DNA of 64,000 nt, taken from NCBI GenBank assembly GCA_017499595.2, contig CM038999.1:1364001-1428000 (forward strand). The letters run 5' to 3'. Of the stretch, positions 63,578 through 64,000 are shown in pieces (positions within the stretch are counted from its first letter, which is position 1; each line of letters opens with the position of its first letter). The stretch comes from Psilocybe cubensis (Eukaryota). The notes under the pieces are model-generated. The model saw only the letters and a program-made list of their open reading frames with translations, was not told the DNA's origin and did not search any database. The position numbers and the translations under genes are program-made.

Positions 63578-64000
63578 GGCCATGCGCGGCGGATGCAATA
63601 AGAACGCCATTGAGTGGCGGTTAACTCGGCGATCATGGCAAACACAACTTGACGCAGACTTCGATTTCGAAGACTTTTTTTGACTCTTGGGCTGTCTAAG
63701 GGCGTTCTCTCTCCCACACCTGTCCATCATGGAATTGTCCCACGGACACCCAATATGTAACATACACCAGTCGCGAAGATATCAACCCATCTCCTTCACT
63801 TAAACCGTCAGCATCATGCTTGGAACTCTGGGATCGATACTCTTCAGTTGTATTGCACTCTATGTCATTAACTCCTTGGTGAAATTTTGGAGTGCACTTC
63901 GCTCTATTGGGTGTGCCTTTTTCGTGAAAAAAATACAAGCTGCCACTGACATGGCCGTCTTCCAGTCATCTTTCAGGCTACCGTGTCGCATTCTCCCAGC

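Noticed and set aside
1..64000. CRISPR arrays, rRNA or intact transposons
   Set aside because: No regularly spaced repeats, rRNA signatures, or transposase/RT/integrase motifs were seen.

Overview
Intron-rich, gene-dense fungal nuclear DNA. Gene content and short GT-AG introns (about 50-60 nt, with CTRAY branch points) point to an agaricomycete mushroom; the species cannot be determined from the sequence. I can reconstruct about 20 spliced protein-coding genes, in order: CDC1-like metallophosphoesterase (partial), complex I subunit NDUFB2-like, a large low-complexity nucleolar-type protein, CPA1, a peroxisomal 4CL-like acyl-CoA ligase, two hypothetical proteins, an Asteroid/XPG-like PIN protein, POS5-like NADH kinase, a BRCT protein, a GT17 glycosyltransferase, an acidic hypothetical protein, FPY1-like, a Hom2-like homeodomain factor, Wee1, SCS3/FIT, a Rad5/HLTF-like SNF2 helicase, a GNAT, ARC19, FPR3/4 and a cytochrome P450. 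Features invisible in the ORF track are an RNase MRP RNA gene (about 11777-12170, minus strand), two intron-containing tRNA-Leu(UAG) genes, and a spliced arginine attenuator peptide uORF upstream of CPA1. The more novel-looking signals are a PARP-type zinc finger fused to the HIRAN-SNF2-RING helicase, a recurrent CACGTGA+CGCG composite motif upstream of cell-cycle/DNA-repair genes, and a very tight wee1-hom2 tandem. I found no CRISPR array, rRNA, intact transposon or secondary-metabolite cluster. Exon boundaries were read by eye and need RNA-seq confirmation.
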